Positions 38,602 to 61,413 of a stretch of DNA of 64,000 bases are shown here, piece by piece; positions within the stretch are counted from its first letter, which is position 1; every line of letters starts with the position of its first letter. Source of the DNA: Amoebidium appalachense (taxonomy: Eukaryota > Protista > Ichthyosporea); NCBI GenBank assembly GCA_963693365.1, contig CAVNZM010000002.1, positions 6,895,943 to 6,959,942 of the forward strand, written 5' to 3'. The position numbers were made by a program, and so were the translations under genes. A model generated the notes under the pieces. It was given only the letters and a program-made list of their open reading frames with translations. It searched no databases and was not told where the DNA came from.

Positions 38602-41234
38602 ATGGCTACTTGTGCTGTAAAATGGCTTTCTAGCGCCGGCCCCGCCGCGGCGGCCGCATCATACGGCACACCAGGGTCAGCATCATCCAGTGGGAATACG
38701 CAGGCCACAGCCAGCCCATCTATGAAACGAACAGGGAGACCCGAACTCCAGGTTCACCCAGGGGCTGCCGACCTTCTCACGTCAGCAAAGACGGCAAATG
38801 GAACAGCTCCGTGCAGTCATCATGATGGTCTTGTTGCCGTTTTTGGGCCGGCCAGGTCTGGAAAGTCTCTGTTTATGAACGCTTTTTGCAAAAACGACAA
38901 CACGTTTCCTGTGTCGGCCAGCATGCACACGTGTACTGTGGGTGTGGATGTATCTCCCGTGTTTGCATCACTTGATGAGCTTGCAAGAGAGGGACCAAGC
39001 ACCTCGAAGCCCCCATCTTCTACACGCACAGTTGTGGGGTTTGTGGACGTGGAAGGCCAAGGGGACCGCACCATGACCTACGACATTTTTATGGTGACCC
39101 CTGTTCTCCTCGTCTCCCACGCGGTTTTCTACAACTGGCGCGGGCCACCTAACCGCAACACACAACTCACCCAGTTGGCTTTGCTCAGTAACGCGGCACA
39201 AAAGATTGAGCGGGCATCGCGCAAGAAGGTTTTCGGTCACCTTCACCTTCTTTTCCGTGACTGCACAACCGGTGCGGATGACGCGCGTGCGATTCTTTTT
39301 GACGTTGAGGACCCAAACAATGCCGAGACGGACGAAGATGCAGAACGTATGGAGCAACACAACAAGATTAGAGCCATGCTGGCTGCTGCATTCGAGAGCA
39401 TCACCGTGTGGACCGTTCCCTATCCATTCACCGCCATCGAAGGAGCCGGTACTTCAACCCGCAGCGCTGACACCAACCGCCAATACGCACCGCCTTTTGT
39501 CAGCAAGATGAACGAGATTCGTTCTTTCGTGCACACTCAACTCTCAGCCAGTAAGCATTGCTTTGCAGGCAAGCCACTTACGGGCAACCTGATCAGTGCT
39601 GCTGTGCCTGAGATTATTCAGTCTCTGTCAGAGCAGGCGGAGTGCATCAGCCCGCCCAACCTCCTTGACGTCATCAACACCAAGGTTGTGGCAGCCACAA
39701 AGGCAAAAATCACAAAGGATGCCTTGGCACGGGGCAGTGGGATTATCACAACCGCCAACGAGCAGTCAAAAACATACGCAGACCTCCTACCCCCACCCGC
39801 TGTGGAGAAACAGCTAGCACAGGTGATCACGGATGCTGTTACGGAGTTTACCACGGCCACGACAGGTATGCCCCAAGCCATTGTCGAGCAGGCAAAGGGT
39901 GAAATGACAGAGCAGCTCACCAGCTACGTCAAAGCAACAATCTCTACCTATCGGCTTGTGTGTGCCGAGCGTATGCGTGCCCTCGAGGAGCAAATTGTTA
40001 CGGGTTACAAGAAGGCAGCTACCGCCGCGGCAAAATCAACCTCGTTTGAGAGTCTGAGCAAACGGTTAGATGACTTGCAGGGGGAGTGTATGGCCGTGTA
40101 TGATGGCATGAAACATTGCAAGGATAATACAACGTGGAAGGCCAACCGCCTGGGCCAATCATTGTGGGTCTGCTCACTGCCCACGCCAACAGCGTTAAAG
40201 AAACCACCGCGGCACAGCTTAAAGATACGGTGCTAAAGGAGGCAACCACCAAGCACGCGCAGGCCGTGTCGGGACTTCAAGAGAATATCAGAACTCGGTT
40301 TTTGGACGCCAGCGGGGTTCTGCCGATGGACGAAACGAAACTTAAGGGCATGTTTGACAGCGAAGTGCAACAAATAGAGCAGGAAATGCTTGGGGCCTAT
40401 CTTAACAATAAAACCAGCCCGTATAATATGCTACAATATATCGGCGGTGTGTCGTCCAGTGAGTCCCAGCCGCCTCACAAAACATTTCGTTCGTACGCCG
40501 ACAGTTACTGGACTTCTACATTAAAGGAGCGTAACTCGTCAAAACGCGCCGAAAAGGAGAAGGAACATGCGGAAAAAGAGATGAGGAGAATTCAGAAGGA
40601 AAAAGAGGAAGTGGAGAGAAGGAGATTGGAAGCCGAGAGAAAGCAGGAAGAGGCGGAAAGGAAGAGGGATGAAGCAGAGAGAGAAGCGAGGCGTGCAAAA
40701 AAAGAGAGGGAGGAAGCAGAGGAAGCTCAGAGAAGAGCTGCGGCCGCAGCCCTTTTGTACACATCTGACTCCTACGCATCTCCACCGGCATATACCCCCT
40801 CGAGCTCCTTTGGATACTCATACGACCCTATAGAGTCCCCCAGGGTGCATGCACCCTCCTACACACCATCCTATGGGGGGGGTTCATGTGCAGATTACTC
40901 CCAGAACGACTATTGTGGTGGTGTTTCTTCCTCCTCCGGAAAAAGTAGCGGCGTGTCTCGCTCTAGCGCGTCCTCGAGTTCAGATGACCATGTTGTGCAC
41001 GTGCGCGGTTACACAAAGGCAAACGGAACGTACGTGGAGGGATACACGCGTGCTGCCCCGGGCTACGGTTCTTCTTCCTCTTCTTACTCTTCGGGAAGGA
41101 GCAGTGGTGGTGGGTCTAGCTCACGTTCGGATTCTCATGTTGTGCACGTGAATGGGTATTACAGGGCAAACGGCACGTACGTGCAGGGATACACACCGGC
41201 TGCCCCGGGCCATCGTTCTGGAAAACGTCGGTAG
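38602..41234 (+). CDS. Guanylate-binding protein/atlastin-family large GTPase with helical region, E/K/R coiled coil, Ser/Gly/Tyr-rich tail and two VxGYxxxNGTYVxGY repeats; frame break between 40128 and 40236
   Basis: G1 GPARSGKS, G2 TCTVG, G3 DVEGQG and G4 LFRD (RD is typical of GBP/atlastin). ORFs 38515-40236 and 40134-41234 overlap in the -1 frame. A 1-nt indel or a 59-nt GT..AG intron (40134-40192) would join them. Confidence 0.8.
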
Positions 41235-41491
41235 ACCATGGTGGTAGTCTAAGTTAGATAGTCTTAGAGCAAGTCATGTTGCGTTAATTTTTTTGGGTGG
41301 TTCAAAAGAATTTGACTCTGTAGCCCTGTTTTGAAAATTTCACATGAAGTAATAGTTAACGAGTTATACAATTACATGTGGCGGCATAGGATTTCTGTGT
41401 GTGCGTATGCGTGGGTGGGCAGGTTGATAGTGCAGGTGGTGGTGGTGGTGGTGGCAGGGGGGAAGGAGGGGTAGGGGTTGGGGGGTAGGGG

Positions 41492-41530
<39 letters not shown>

Positions 41531-41806
41531 CTTTTGCACAAGGCGCCAGATGGTACTCCCTTAGTTAGTATGCCGGCATACTACCAGTAGAATGTTGCTG
41601 CTGTAACTTCGTTTATTTCATGATAACCAAGTTGAAAGTGACTTTTCTAAGGGACTTCAACCACTGAAGTAGAGATGTGAGAAGCGTAAAAACATATGGC
41701 ATTTTTGGCGGAGCCGTGCTTTAACTTAAGCAAACCCTTCACCCTCCCCCTTCGCCCCCCCACGCCACCCCTCCCCCTCCCCTCTAACCACCCCATCACA
41801 TCCCCT

Positions 41807-41839
<33 letters not shown>

Positions 41840-44224
41840 GCCCCCCCCCCCCCCTCCCCCCCCCCCCCCCCCCCCCCCCCCACCCCTTCCCTCCCCCCAA
41901 GGCCCCAACCTACCCACCTTGAGATCTCCCTTGCTGCAACAACGTGCACACACACGCACACAATCGTACAAGTTATCCAATAGCCCCAACCCGTGCACAC
42001 TCACATAAACACACGTGGTCACGCACACACACCTTTGCATACGGTGCTCGCACTTGGCCACCCGCACACCGTACACACACACACCCGGTCTGACACGAGC
42101 ACAAGACTTAGTGGGTCACACCTTTATTGATTACTATCTGTTTCAGCCTGATATAAACCAGGAACTAGAAAGAGGCTATGACGGGGGAAGGGGGGGGATG
42201 GGTGGGGGGGGGGGGGGGGGGGGGGAAGAAGGGGAGGGGGGGGGGGGGGGGGGGGGGTATGTAAGCACCACTGCCAGCTTCACTTGCCGGGCAAAGTATC
42301 TGCCGAAATATTGATGAACTTGAAACCTATTGTAACAGTATCCCCTCCCCCTCCCCTCGATCCCCCCGGCCCCCTCCCCCCCCCCCCCCCCCCCCCTCTC
42401 CCCCCCCCCCCCCCCCCCCCCCGCCGCCTTCTCCCCCCTCCCCCTCCTTCTCTCTCTCTCTCGGGCTTCTCTCTCACCGAAGTACCACACATAAAATCGG
42501 ATTGGACTGTATAAACAGTGGATCTGCTAACTGGTAGTCATTATGATTTTGAAACGTAGAGGGGTCACGGTGACGTAACAACTTATTTGGGTACGGCGGG
42601 AGAGGGGGGCGAGGGGGGGGAGTGGGGGGGACCCACCCAACCTCCTTTGGACAGGTAGTCCCCCCTCTCACCCCCTCCCCCCGAGGTTGGGGAGGGAGGA
42701 GAAACACCCACCCGGCGGCTAGCAGGGACGAGGTGGGAGGGGGGGAAGGGGTGGGTGGGGGGGGGGGGGTGAGACGCACCACCCACCTGCCAGGCTATAT
42801 ATAGCTACACCGTACAGCCATGCTCAAGCCCCCCCCCCCCCCCCCCCCCCCTCTTCCTCCCTCCCTCCCCCCCCCCCCCCTCCTCTCTCATCCCCCACGC
42901 CCCCCTCAGGCGGGCCTGGGCGGGACTCGTCTCCAGTCCCACCACTGTGCGCGCGCACACACGCACACACTTTGGCACGTACCTGCACACACATGTACCA
43001 CACACGCACCCGAGGTGCACATTGTCAAACCAGCGATGCGCACCTGACATTACGAACATGCCGATATACTCACTCTTACCACACACACACGCCGTCCCTG
43101 CCACACAGACACACACTCGAGCGTGACTGCACCGTGAGCACAATAACTGGCCCCCAATAATCCACAGTCTAGTAATAGTTGACCGCAAGGAATACTGTAC
43201 ATATTACCTTTGGTAGGTGGAAAAAAGATATTTGGCCATCACGTACACGCACGGCGCCCGGAGACTTGAAGGGGAGGGGAGGCACAGGTAGTACTATATA
43301 TAGTTGGCCGTGCAAACAAGCGGATGGCTTCGTGCACACACCAAGTAGAACATTGTGCCATCGCGGCCACACACCCAGACCAAATATTAGATTACCTTCT
43401 CATACCAAATGCGCATTGCTCCTAATCACCCTAAACCATGTATACTCATAAACAAGGGACTCGAAGTAATAAGGATACGGACCACCTGGGGGGAGGGGGG
43501 GGGGGGCTGGCTTGACATGTTTTTGCTTCGCCTTTGTGGGGAACTTAATTGCCTGTAATCACTGATTAATCAGCCTGCATCATTTATTTCAGCGAATGAA
43601 AGAAGTGGCATCAAAATACCTTAATAAAAAACAACACGACGACCTTCAAAAATGCAACATCCCGTGTTGCTCATATATGCGCGTCATAAAAATCAAGAAC
43701 AAAACATTAAATGTTTATGTTAACTTCACAAATTAAACGATTTTTCACTTTTTATCCGCGTAAAAAGGCTTACTCTGCACGTCACATGGTCATTCAAAAG
43801 AGCACGCGTAATGTGGAAAAAATTGAAAGTAACAATCGTTTAGCGTAATCTAAACTACAACAGAATCGTATGTGCCACAACAAAGGTGACAGAGGAAAAA
43901 CACCTCCTTCTCCCCCCCCCCCCTCCCCCCCCTCCCCCCGCCCCCCCCACCACCATAAAAAAAAAGAAAAAGAGAAGAAAAATGAAGTGGAGAACCTGAC
44001 GCGCCTATGATAGGTCCACAGCACAAATTTCACCCGGTAACAGCCACACCGACTGATACGTGGCATCCATGCCCTTTCACGTCACATCTTGAACATTTTG
44101 TATACATTTTATCATGACAGCAGAAAACGAACGGCCCACTTGCTCACCAACTACACCCAGCTCGTAAAGGGCCAATCCACGTCCAGAGCACTAACCATAT
44201 AACCATATAAGGCTACATTTGAGC

Positions 44225-52414
<8,190 letters not shown>

Positions 52415-55157
52415 GTTCCTTTAGTCTTTGGGTGTGGTGGTGGAGGATAGAAAAGGCGGGCAGAATCCCGCTTGTGCTACAATGAGCAAACGGCGTTGGA
52501 GACAACAAAGAAATCTAAGGGTTGTAAAAGGTGTGGGTTACGTTGTGTGTCTGTGACGAACTACTGATTGGAAAAATTGGTAAAAAATGAGAAGCAGTAC
52601 TCTCATACGATACAAAGGCACCTATTTTGAAAGTCGTGACTCGCCTAAATCTCAACCTTTCCGTCAAGAGCCCCAACAACTGGTAACACTGCGCAGCGAA
52701 AGGCTTTTTAGTACACACTTCGCTCGCAATACCGCCCAAACACTTGCTCTTGCCTGCTCAACCCAACAACGATGACCGTCTCTAATTTTATCTCCCTTGC
52801 TTTTATTATTACTTGACTGTATGTAACCACACAAACTCTCCGCTGACTCGTTCAAAGTTTACTTCGCGCACTCCCACCCCCCCAAGGCCAAGAAACGTCA
52901 CAAAGGCAACTGATTGATGCGGGATGAAGCTTTGCCGGGCTGAGTCAGCCGGGCCTGGCTTGACAGACTAAAACAGGGCTTGATCATTTCCAAGATCATA
53001 TGCAAATCTAGTTCGACTAATACTGAAAATGTATCTTTATGAGCCGTTTTGACGCTAAAAACCCTCTTTTATTTACGCGTAGATTTTGTAGTCAAATTTG
53101 CACCTCTAATTACTGTGTACTAGGGTTTGCACTTCCAAAATGCATTACACACCCTGGTATAATCTTACCCGATTAGGTCATTGGAGTAATAGAGCACCGC
53201 ATACCAAGGTGCCCCTTCATGCGATTGGATTGGGTCAGGATTGCTCTGCATTTGCTCACAGAGCCGGCAATATGAGGTCATGTAGATAAGCTGCTTTTGA
53301 AGCCTAATGAGAGCACATAGTTTTGAATTGTTTCTTAGTTGGCTACATAAAACTTAATAGTAAGAAAAGTCAAGCTAAAAGGTGAATCTGATAATATGCC
53401 ACATTTATTATAACCAATAACTTAAGCGTTATTAAAAACGAAAATGATAGGTTTATTAATACAGTACTGTATGCATTTATCTGGTGCTCTTTTATTACAC
53501 ATTTTACTGCATCATCAGCCTTTCCTTACCTACAGTTAGCGTGTTTATAAAGTCATGCAAGTAGGATGTCGGCATAGGGCATCACGTCATCGTCATCAGC
53601 CACCATACGTCACAGTCGTCACAGTGACCTTCTTTTTTTCAGAGGGCCGTGCCTGCGGGCTGCGGGCCGTGGCCCCTCGTTTCTTTTGTGCTGCTATGTA
53701 GCGCTTGTAATGGCTCAAGGTAAAGCATCCCGGACAGCTCTAATGACGTAAAACATTTGCCTTCGAGTGCATAACCTGAACCTTACCTGGCGTTAGGTTA
53801 GGCAGAACTTGTGCAGATAGCAGTACTGTTCTTGGGCATAAACAAAGATGTGTTGGTGCGTGATCATGGGTCCCAGGTGCACGCAAGTCCCCTCCCTCCT
53901 TACTTGCACACTCTCTTCACAACACCTTTGCCTTTGTTCTAAATACCTGTCCTCCCCTCCCTCCCCCCTCCTCCCCCCCCCCCCCCACAACCCTCCCTCC
54001 CCTCCCCCCTCCCCATCCTCCCCTTGCCCTTACCCCCCTTACCCCTCTTCCCCACGCCTTCCTCCCTCCCCCCACGGCCACTTCCACTACAACACCACCT
54101 CCGCCTTCTCCGGCCAGTCTGTTAGCCAATCTGAGGGGATCTAGCTATAGATCTTTCTTCCTAGGCCTAATTTTAGGAGGCTTTACATGTGCTATCATCA
54201 CATAAGCACCATGTGCGTATGTGTCTCTGTGTTCTCCCCCTTTTGCCGGGCCTCCCCATCTTACCCTCGATGCTAGACTCCATGAGTATTTCTCCTGTCT
54301 TCAAATCTTCCCTACGGCTCCACTATGATAGGTCTGTGCGCATGTCTGTCTCGCTCGCCCTGAGCATAATCAAGCTGCCTAGGGCCTAGGCTTCAGCCGC
54401 TTACCACGAAGTCGTGGTCTCCGGCTTCTTCGGTTTTTTCATCGAAAATCTATGCCTCTTGCCATCAACCAAACCTTATATCACGAGATAGTCCTCTCTC
54501 AGCCCAAATCTGGTAAACCTGGACATACCCCCCCCCCCCCCCCCTCCCCCCTCCTCCTCCTCCCACCCACCTACCCCCCCTTCCCCTCCCCCCTTCCAAA
54601 AAAAAAGTCTCCCGGAGCTCGGAGGTGTGGCAGAAGGGCCTATCAAGTTTGGCCTTCTCTGAAAAATGCCATGCAAAGAACCCTCCCTCCCCCCCCCCCC
54701 CCCCCCCCCCTCCCTCCCTCCCCCCCCCCCCCCCCCCCGGCCCCTCCCCCCACCCCACCCCCCCCCCCCCCCCCCCCCCCCCCCCTGTCTTGCAAGACCG
54801 ACTGATGCATACTTGCCTAGTTGGGTTATTTCAAGTTGTCGTTGTTTTCTGCATGTGGTGTGGTTTGGATTGCTGCTCCTGTTAACCTTTTGCAGCTATG
54901 ATCAAGTTTGGATCGTGTGCCTTTCTGTTTTCCTTTTCGATGATTTCTCTAAGCAAGTTCCACCCTTTCAAATTTACTCATAAATTTATGCAAGCCGCCT
55001 CCTCCCTCCCCCTCCCCCGGTCTCCTCCGAGTACTCCCCCATTCTCCTCCCGGGAGTCCAGCTCATCAAGGCCATCAACCGTGCCTGGCAGTCCAATGGC
55101 ACAGCTTTTCAAGGTCTCCGCGCGTGCCGGGGGGGGGGGGGGGGGAGGGGAGGGGGG

Positions 55158-55188
<31 letters not shown>

Positions 55189-56584
55189 AGGCCTCGACGA
55201 AGGGCGGGAGGGAAGGGGGGGAGGGGGGAGGGGGAGGGAGGGGGGGCCGGATCCCTATGGAACACACATCTACAGATATACGGGCAGGCAAGCTGAATTT
55301 CAAACAACGCAACTAAATTGTGGCAATCGTACTATGTTTGGTCCGACTATGTAGCTTGAGTTCTATGCTCGAGTGTTTCGAGAGAGAGTGCCGGGGGCAG
55401 GGGGGCAAAAAAAATTGTTCGATTTGTGTATTCCCTTCCCTTGGTAATGTTGCCGGTCCGTGTTGAAAATAGCACTGTGTGGGTGCACAAATCCTCAGGC
55501 TCGAGCTCGTTAATGTTGGGACCATTATAATTACCATCGCATACGTATACAACCTCGCACGTACGTGCGCAACACGCTCACGTGTACACATCCCCGCGAC
55601 GGAATAATTACCAGATGACACATTTTTTCCTAGGCCTTCGAGTTTTCCCCTTTTCTCTGTTTCCCTTTTCTCTGTACCTTTCTCTTTTCTCTGTACCGGG
55701 GGCCCCGGGGTGTGGGGGGAGGGGGGGGGAGGGGGGAGGGGGGGGGGGGGGGGGGGGGGGAGGGGGGAAAGGGTGGTGTACATAAATTTGGAAGCAAAAG
55801 TGGTGCGTACTTGCACAATGATTTCACGTTCACAACACGATCTAGACATGCATATGCACATTTTGAGAAGCACACAATTGCGAAGAGCACATATATCATC
55901 ACGGTGCTATTGAATAATTATAAGAAGTACCCATCCTCGATCGGAATCAGCTGGGATTTCCCAGGGCCATTACGTACGCCCAAGTCATTGACACACTTGA
56001 GGTTTAACCCATTCACGTGCACCTGGCCGCCCCGATGCTGGGAGGGAGACCTAGGAGGAGGAGCTGGGGAGCAGGGGGGGGGGGGGGGGGGGGTGTTGCA
56101 TGAAGTAGTGTACAAAGAGCTAAGGTCAGGGTCAAGTTTGGAGTACAAACCGAGTCATCATGTGCATATATACGTATTATTTATGGTGTTGGTTCGGGTG
56201 TAGAACAAGGCTTAGCGCCTACGTGTTCATGTATCGGACACGAATATCAAAAAAGATATCAAACAAGCACAACATGCCAGCCTAGCAAGCATGCTATTGC
56301 GTTATGCAAAAACCCAGACAAGCTGGTAGCTGGTATATCCCGTCCCAGTAGATATATTGTAAACAGGGCAAATTAAAATTATGATGCCCAGCAGATATAT
56401 CCATAACTTTCTAAAGCGGCCATAACCTAGCAGGTATTATATACCCATAACTCCGGATACGTACCATGGTATTGGTAGATATACCCCTGAAGTCCCTCAA
56501 AAACGGGGTCAATGACATAGGGCAGTGAATAATCGTCTAAAGAATCATAGTAGACCCCCCCCCCCCCCCCCCGCCCCCAACCCC

Positions 56585-56642
<58 letters not shown>

Positions 56643-57228
56643 GACACACACACACACAAACACACCCATGGCCAAACAATGCAAGAACAAAAAGAAAGAA
56701 AATTAACTTGATTGAATTCAAATAGGAATGGTGGTGGAAAATCTAAAACTAGTATAATGTACACTACCTCCCATCCATTATTAATCAGGTACAGAGCGGC
56801 TCTGACAAACGATCCTTTAACACCCCTAGGGGCTCCAGCCAATGACGTTGGCCTTTTAATTAATCAATCCATCATACATACATGTTGGTCATCCCTATAG
56901 CTTTACCAACTTACCTAAACTTGCTTTGCCGCCTGAAATTTGGGCGGCAACCTATGAAAGATGTCATTCTAATTCTTACCAAATATTAAAAAAAAAAAAA
57001 AAAAAAGCAGAAGATTGTGCATTAAACAAGTAGCACACTAACCTCCCTTATCTCCAGCCCCCCCCCCCCCCCCCCCCCCCCCCCTCTATTTTCTAAAACC
57101 ATTTTCTAAAATCTTAATCCATCCAGAAAATTTACAATTTTCAGAAATATGCCACCAACAGAAAGACGCGAGGAGAGAAGTATCTAGGACAACTCCCTTG
57201 GACCTCCACAGGGTGCCCGTTTTCATTT

Positions 57229-58387
57229 TCACACCTGGAACGACTTCTGCTCCTTGCTTGGTGGGGGGTGCTGTTTGTAGAAGGACGGGTGTGGGGGGAG
57301 CACCTTCTTTCCCCCCATACCCTTTGCAAACACACTGGCCAGCATGCCTGGTTTCTTGGCCGGCGCAGCCGTTTCCACAGGAACGTTTTCTATTGGCTGA
57401 GCCCGCACCACCTCCACATCACTCGCATCGGCATCCCGCACCGACGCAGAAGCCAAAAATCCTTCCGCAATATCTGATTGGTCGGTGTGGGGAGGCAGAG
57501 GGGCCATCCACGCTTCCTTATATGGGTTTTTGGGTTCACCCCATGTGTTAAAGTTGCTGCTCCCCTTGGATTTGGGGATGGGGGTGTTAAAGGAGATGAG
57601 TGCTGTCTGCTTGGGCGGCTCCTGTTGTTTCATTGGTGGAAGGGCAGTGGGTCGGGGTGGGGGCTGTGATTGGGCGGCAGGTGTTACCGGTGCTGGTGCG
57701 AGAACCGGTTTTGATTGGGTGGCAGGTGCGGGCGCGGGTGCTGGTGCTGGTGCGAGAATTGGTTTTGATTGGACGGCAGGTGTCAGCTCTCGTACTGGTG
57801 CGAGAGTTGGTTTTGATTGGGCGGCAAGTGCGGGTGCTGGTGTGAGAGTTGGTTTTGATTGGGTGGTAGGTGTGGGTGCTGGTGCTGGTGCGAGAATCGG
57901 TTTTGGTTGGGTGGCCGGTGCCGGGGTTTGTGCGGGAGCTGGTTTTGGTTGGGTGACTGGTACAAAAACTGGTTTTGATTGGGCAGGAGGTGCCGGCGGC
58001 GGCTGAGCGGCCACGGTTGGTTGGCTGGTTGTCGATTTGACCTGATCGAGGGGTTTTGATTGGCTCACGGGGGCAGGCACCACTTTTGATTGGGTGGTGG
58101 CTTCGGCAGCCTTAGCAACAGGTGCGACAGTTTCGGGTGCAGGCTGTTTGGCTGGTTTAGGGAGAGTTGCGGGGGGATTTCTGGTCTCTGGTGGGGGGGC
58201 TTTATAGGGTGTGGTGACGGTGGGTGGGGGTTTTTTAACGGCGGTGGTGGTTGCCACTGGGGCTGGCGGGTTGGCTGATGCTGGTTTGGCTGTGGGGGGC
58301 GGAAGGCGTGGGTAAGTAGGGGTGTGAGGGCCAACCCTTTCGTTTCGGTGCCTTTTTCTTCTGATTCTTTCTGGTCATTTATATCTT

Positions 58388-58471
<84 letters not shown>

Positions 58472-58596
58472 TGGTATCGTGGGTGAACCATGCAAAGCCC
58501 GAGTCACGTGCGCTCTCTGAACGCTCAGGTCAAAGGTAGGTGTGCATGTGCATATGCGCACATGTGCATGTGCACATGTGCGCATGTGCAGGCGTG

Positions 58597-58633
<37 letters not shown>

Positions 58634-59720
58634 GCCTGCGTGTGTGTGTTTTAGAGGAGAGGGGGGGGGGGGGGGGGGGGGGGGGGGTGGGAAGGGGGAT
58701 AACTCACCAGTGTCCAAGCTGGCTGTGCGTTTGATTTGCGCCGGCTGCGGATCTTCGATTGGTTCGTAATCATACATGCTACCTGGCCGGGCGGTTGACT
58801 GCATCGTGGCTGCACGAATCAGAGTGGGCTGTGGCTTCACTTGGTGTGATGCAATTGGCTGAATATCATCTCGCAAGATCTCCTCGTTTTGTTCCCTCAT
58901 AAGGGATCTGTCGCTGCCCTTACGGCTCGCCTGCAGCAAGGGGTTTATTAACGGTCAGATAGGCTTTAGGTTCTAGGGCTGTGATATGCGAGTTAATTTT
59001 CAATAAAAAAGGTAGGCACACGCTGTTCACCTGTTTTTTCTTTGCTTTCGGGTTCGCCCAGCATGCACGTACACACAAACACACACACACTCACCTTTAT
59101 GTACATGCATACAAGCGCGAGCACACACACAGACACACACACACACACACACACAGCTACATACCTTTAAGCACACACACCCCGACAAGCACACACACAC
59201 ACCCATAAGCACACACACACACGCACACACACACACACACCTATAAGCGCACCCACCCACCCACCCACCCACCCACCGATCCACCCACAACGCTTGCACA
59301 CACCCATACACACATACACACACACAGCACAAGAGAGGGTCACCCACCCACCCACCCACCCACACACACACAAAGAGAGAGAGCGACTGAAAAATTTCAG
59401 AGAGAGAGCTAGCGACACAGACACCCACACACGTCCCCAGACAAACACAGGCACCCCCCCCCCCCCCCCCCCCGCCCCCCGCCCCCCTCCTTCCCCCTGC
59501 CCCTCGGGACAACGAGCTAGCACAAGCACACTATGATGTCGCCACAGACACACAGTCACAAACGCAGACAGACACCCACCTTCTCCTCCCACCCGTTTGT
59601 TGTTGCTGTGGCCGTCGCCCCCTCCAAGGTATTTTCCTCCAACCCCCCCCACTGGCCCGGCTGCCTGGTCATGGTTACCAGGTGGGGTGGAAGTCCTTCG
59701 GTGGGCTCGGGCCCAAATGC

Positions 59721-59783
<63 letters not shown>

Positions 59784-60004
59784 CGAGTGAGGAAAAGGGA
59801 AAGGGAGAAAAGGAGAGAGAATAAGAAAGAAAGAAAGGGAGTGTGCGCTTTTTCACAGCAAGAGAGAGTATGTGTTCGAATCATGGATGCAGTACAAGTG
59901 TGAAGGTGGGTAATAGGCGGATGGCCCAATGGGTTAATGCAAGGTTTGTGGCCCAGGAGAGGTGTGCAGGTGTGCAGATCTTTTTGTGCATAGGGCAAAG
60001 TTTG

Positions 60005-60067
<63 letters not shown>

Positions 60068-60802
60068 CCAGGAAGGTGGGTAGGTGGGGGAGGGGAGGAG
60101 AGAATACCCAGAGGTACTCGCTTAGACCAGTCCTTGTTTACGGATGCGGCACTCTCACGGACGGCAGCCAGCTCAGCGTGATATACCGTAAATAGGTTAT
60201 CCAGCTGTGGATATTCGGCAAGATATGCGTAAATACGCGGTAAAAACGGTTGTCATGTAGCGGGGGGTATGGAGAATACACGAGCGAGATAGGTGTAAAT
60301 ACACGTATATGTTGGTCTTGCAAGGGGAATTTTGTAAATGAGATGTATAAAACACGGCTAACTATGGGACGTGGGGTGACATACGTGACTGGGATTCAGT
60401 GTGATATGGGTTTATAGTTGTGCAGTTTTTATGCGTATATATGGGTGAGATATGTATAGAGGCAGATAGATTATCCGAGCAGAAACGAGTTGTTGCGACA
60501 GTATGATGCTCACTGCCATTAGGGTACCAGTCTTTAGCTGCACCTGAATCTCAGTGGAAGAGAGTATGATACATGCCCTGACATAACGACTATAATGGGC
60601 CGGAGCAGTAGAGAAAAAGTCTTCATTGTTGTTTTCGTTGTGGCGCTGGTGATTGTTTTGCGGGATAGGGGGAGGAGCTTTCGGCGGCGGAGGGGGGGGG
60701 GGGGGGGGGGGGGGCTCACGAGTTGGTTGTGATGGTCGGCCAAGGCTTTGAGGCGGGTTGCATGTGCTGCGGTCATATCTGTGTGCTCTTTGCGCTGTCG
60801 CT

Positions 60803-60850
<48 letters not shown>

Positions 60851-61036
60851 TGTGTGTGTGAGTGTGAGTGTGCTCGTGTATGTATGCTCGTGTTTGTGTT
60901 TGTGCGCGCATGTTTGAGCGTTGAAGTGGGTGTGTTTGTGTGTGTGTGTCTTTGCGTGTGTGTGTGCATGTGGTGTGGCTGTTAAAGGTACAAGCATAGG
61001 AGGGGTCAGAGGTCAAATGTGCACAACACAAGACGG

Positions 61037-61073
<37 letters not shown>

Positions 61074-61376
61074 CAAACAACGCAAGAGCCATCGATAGCA
61101 CGCACACGCACACACGTAGACACACACCTCGTACACTTTAAAACACGCACGGACAGACCTACACACCCATCCTGTCACCCACATACACAAGCACTCACTG
61201 ACCCACCCAACCATGCAAACACCCACACATAATGACCAACCCACCCACCCGCCTACCCACCCAATCACACATTCTAACCCCCCCCCCCCCCCCCCCACAC
61301 ACACACACAGGTCTCCCCTTCCAACCCCTCACCCCCCGGCCCCCTCCCCCCTTCTCCCCCATTCTGCCCCTCCCCT

Positions 61377-61413
<37 letters not shown>

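Noticed and set aside
53780-53800. U1 snRNA 5' end (CTTACCTGG)
   Set aside because: The downstream sequence lacks U1 stem-loops and an Sm site. It is equally the reverse complement of a donor-like CAG|GTAAG.
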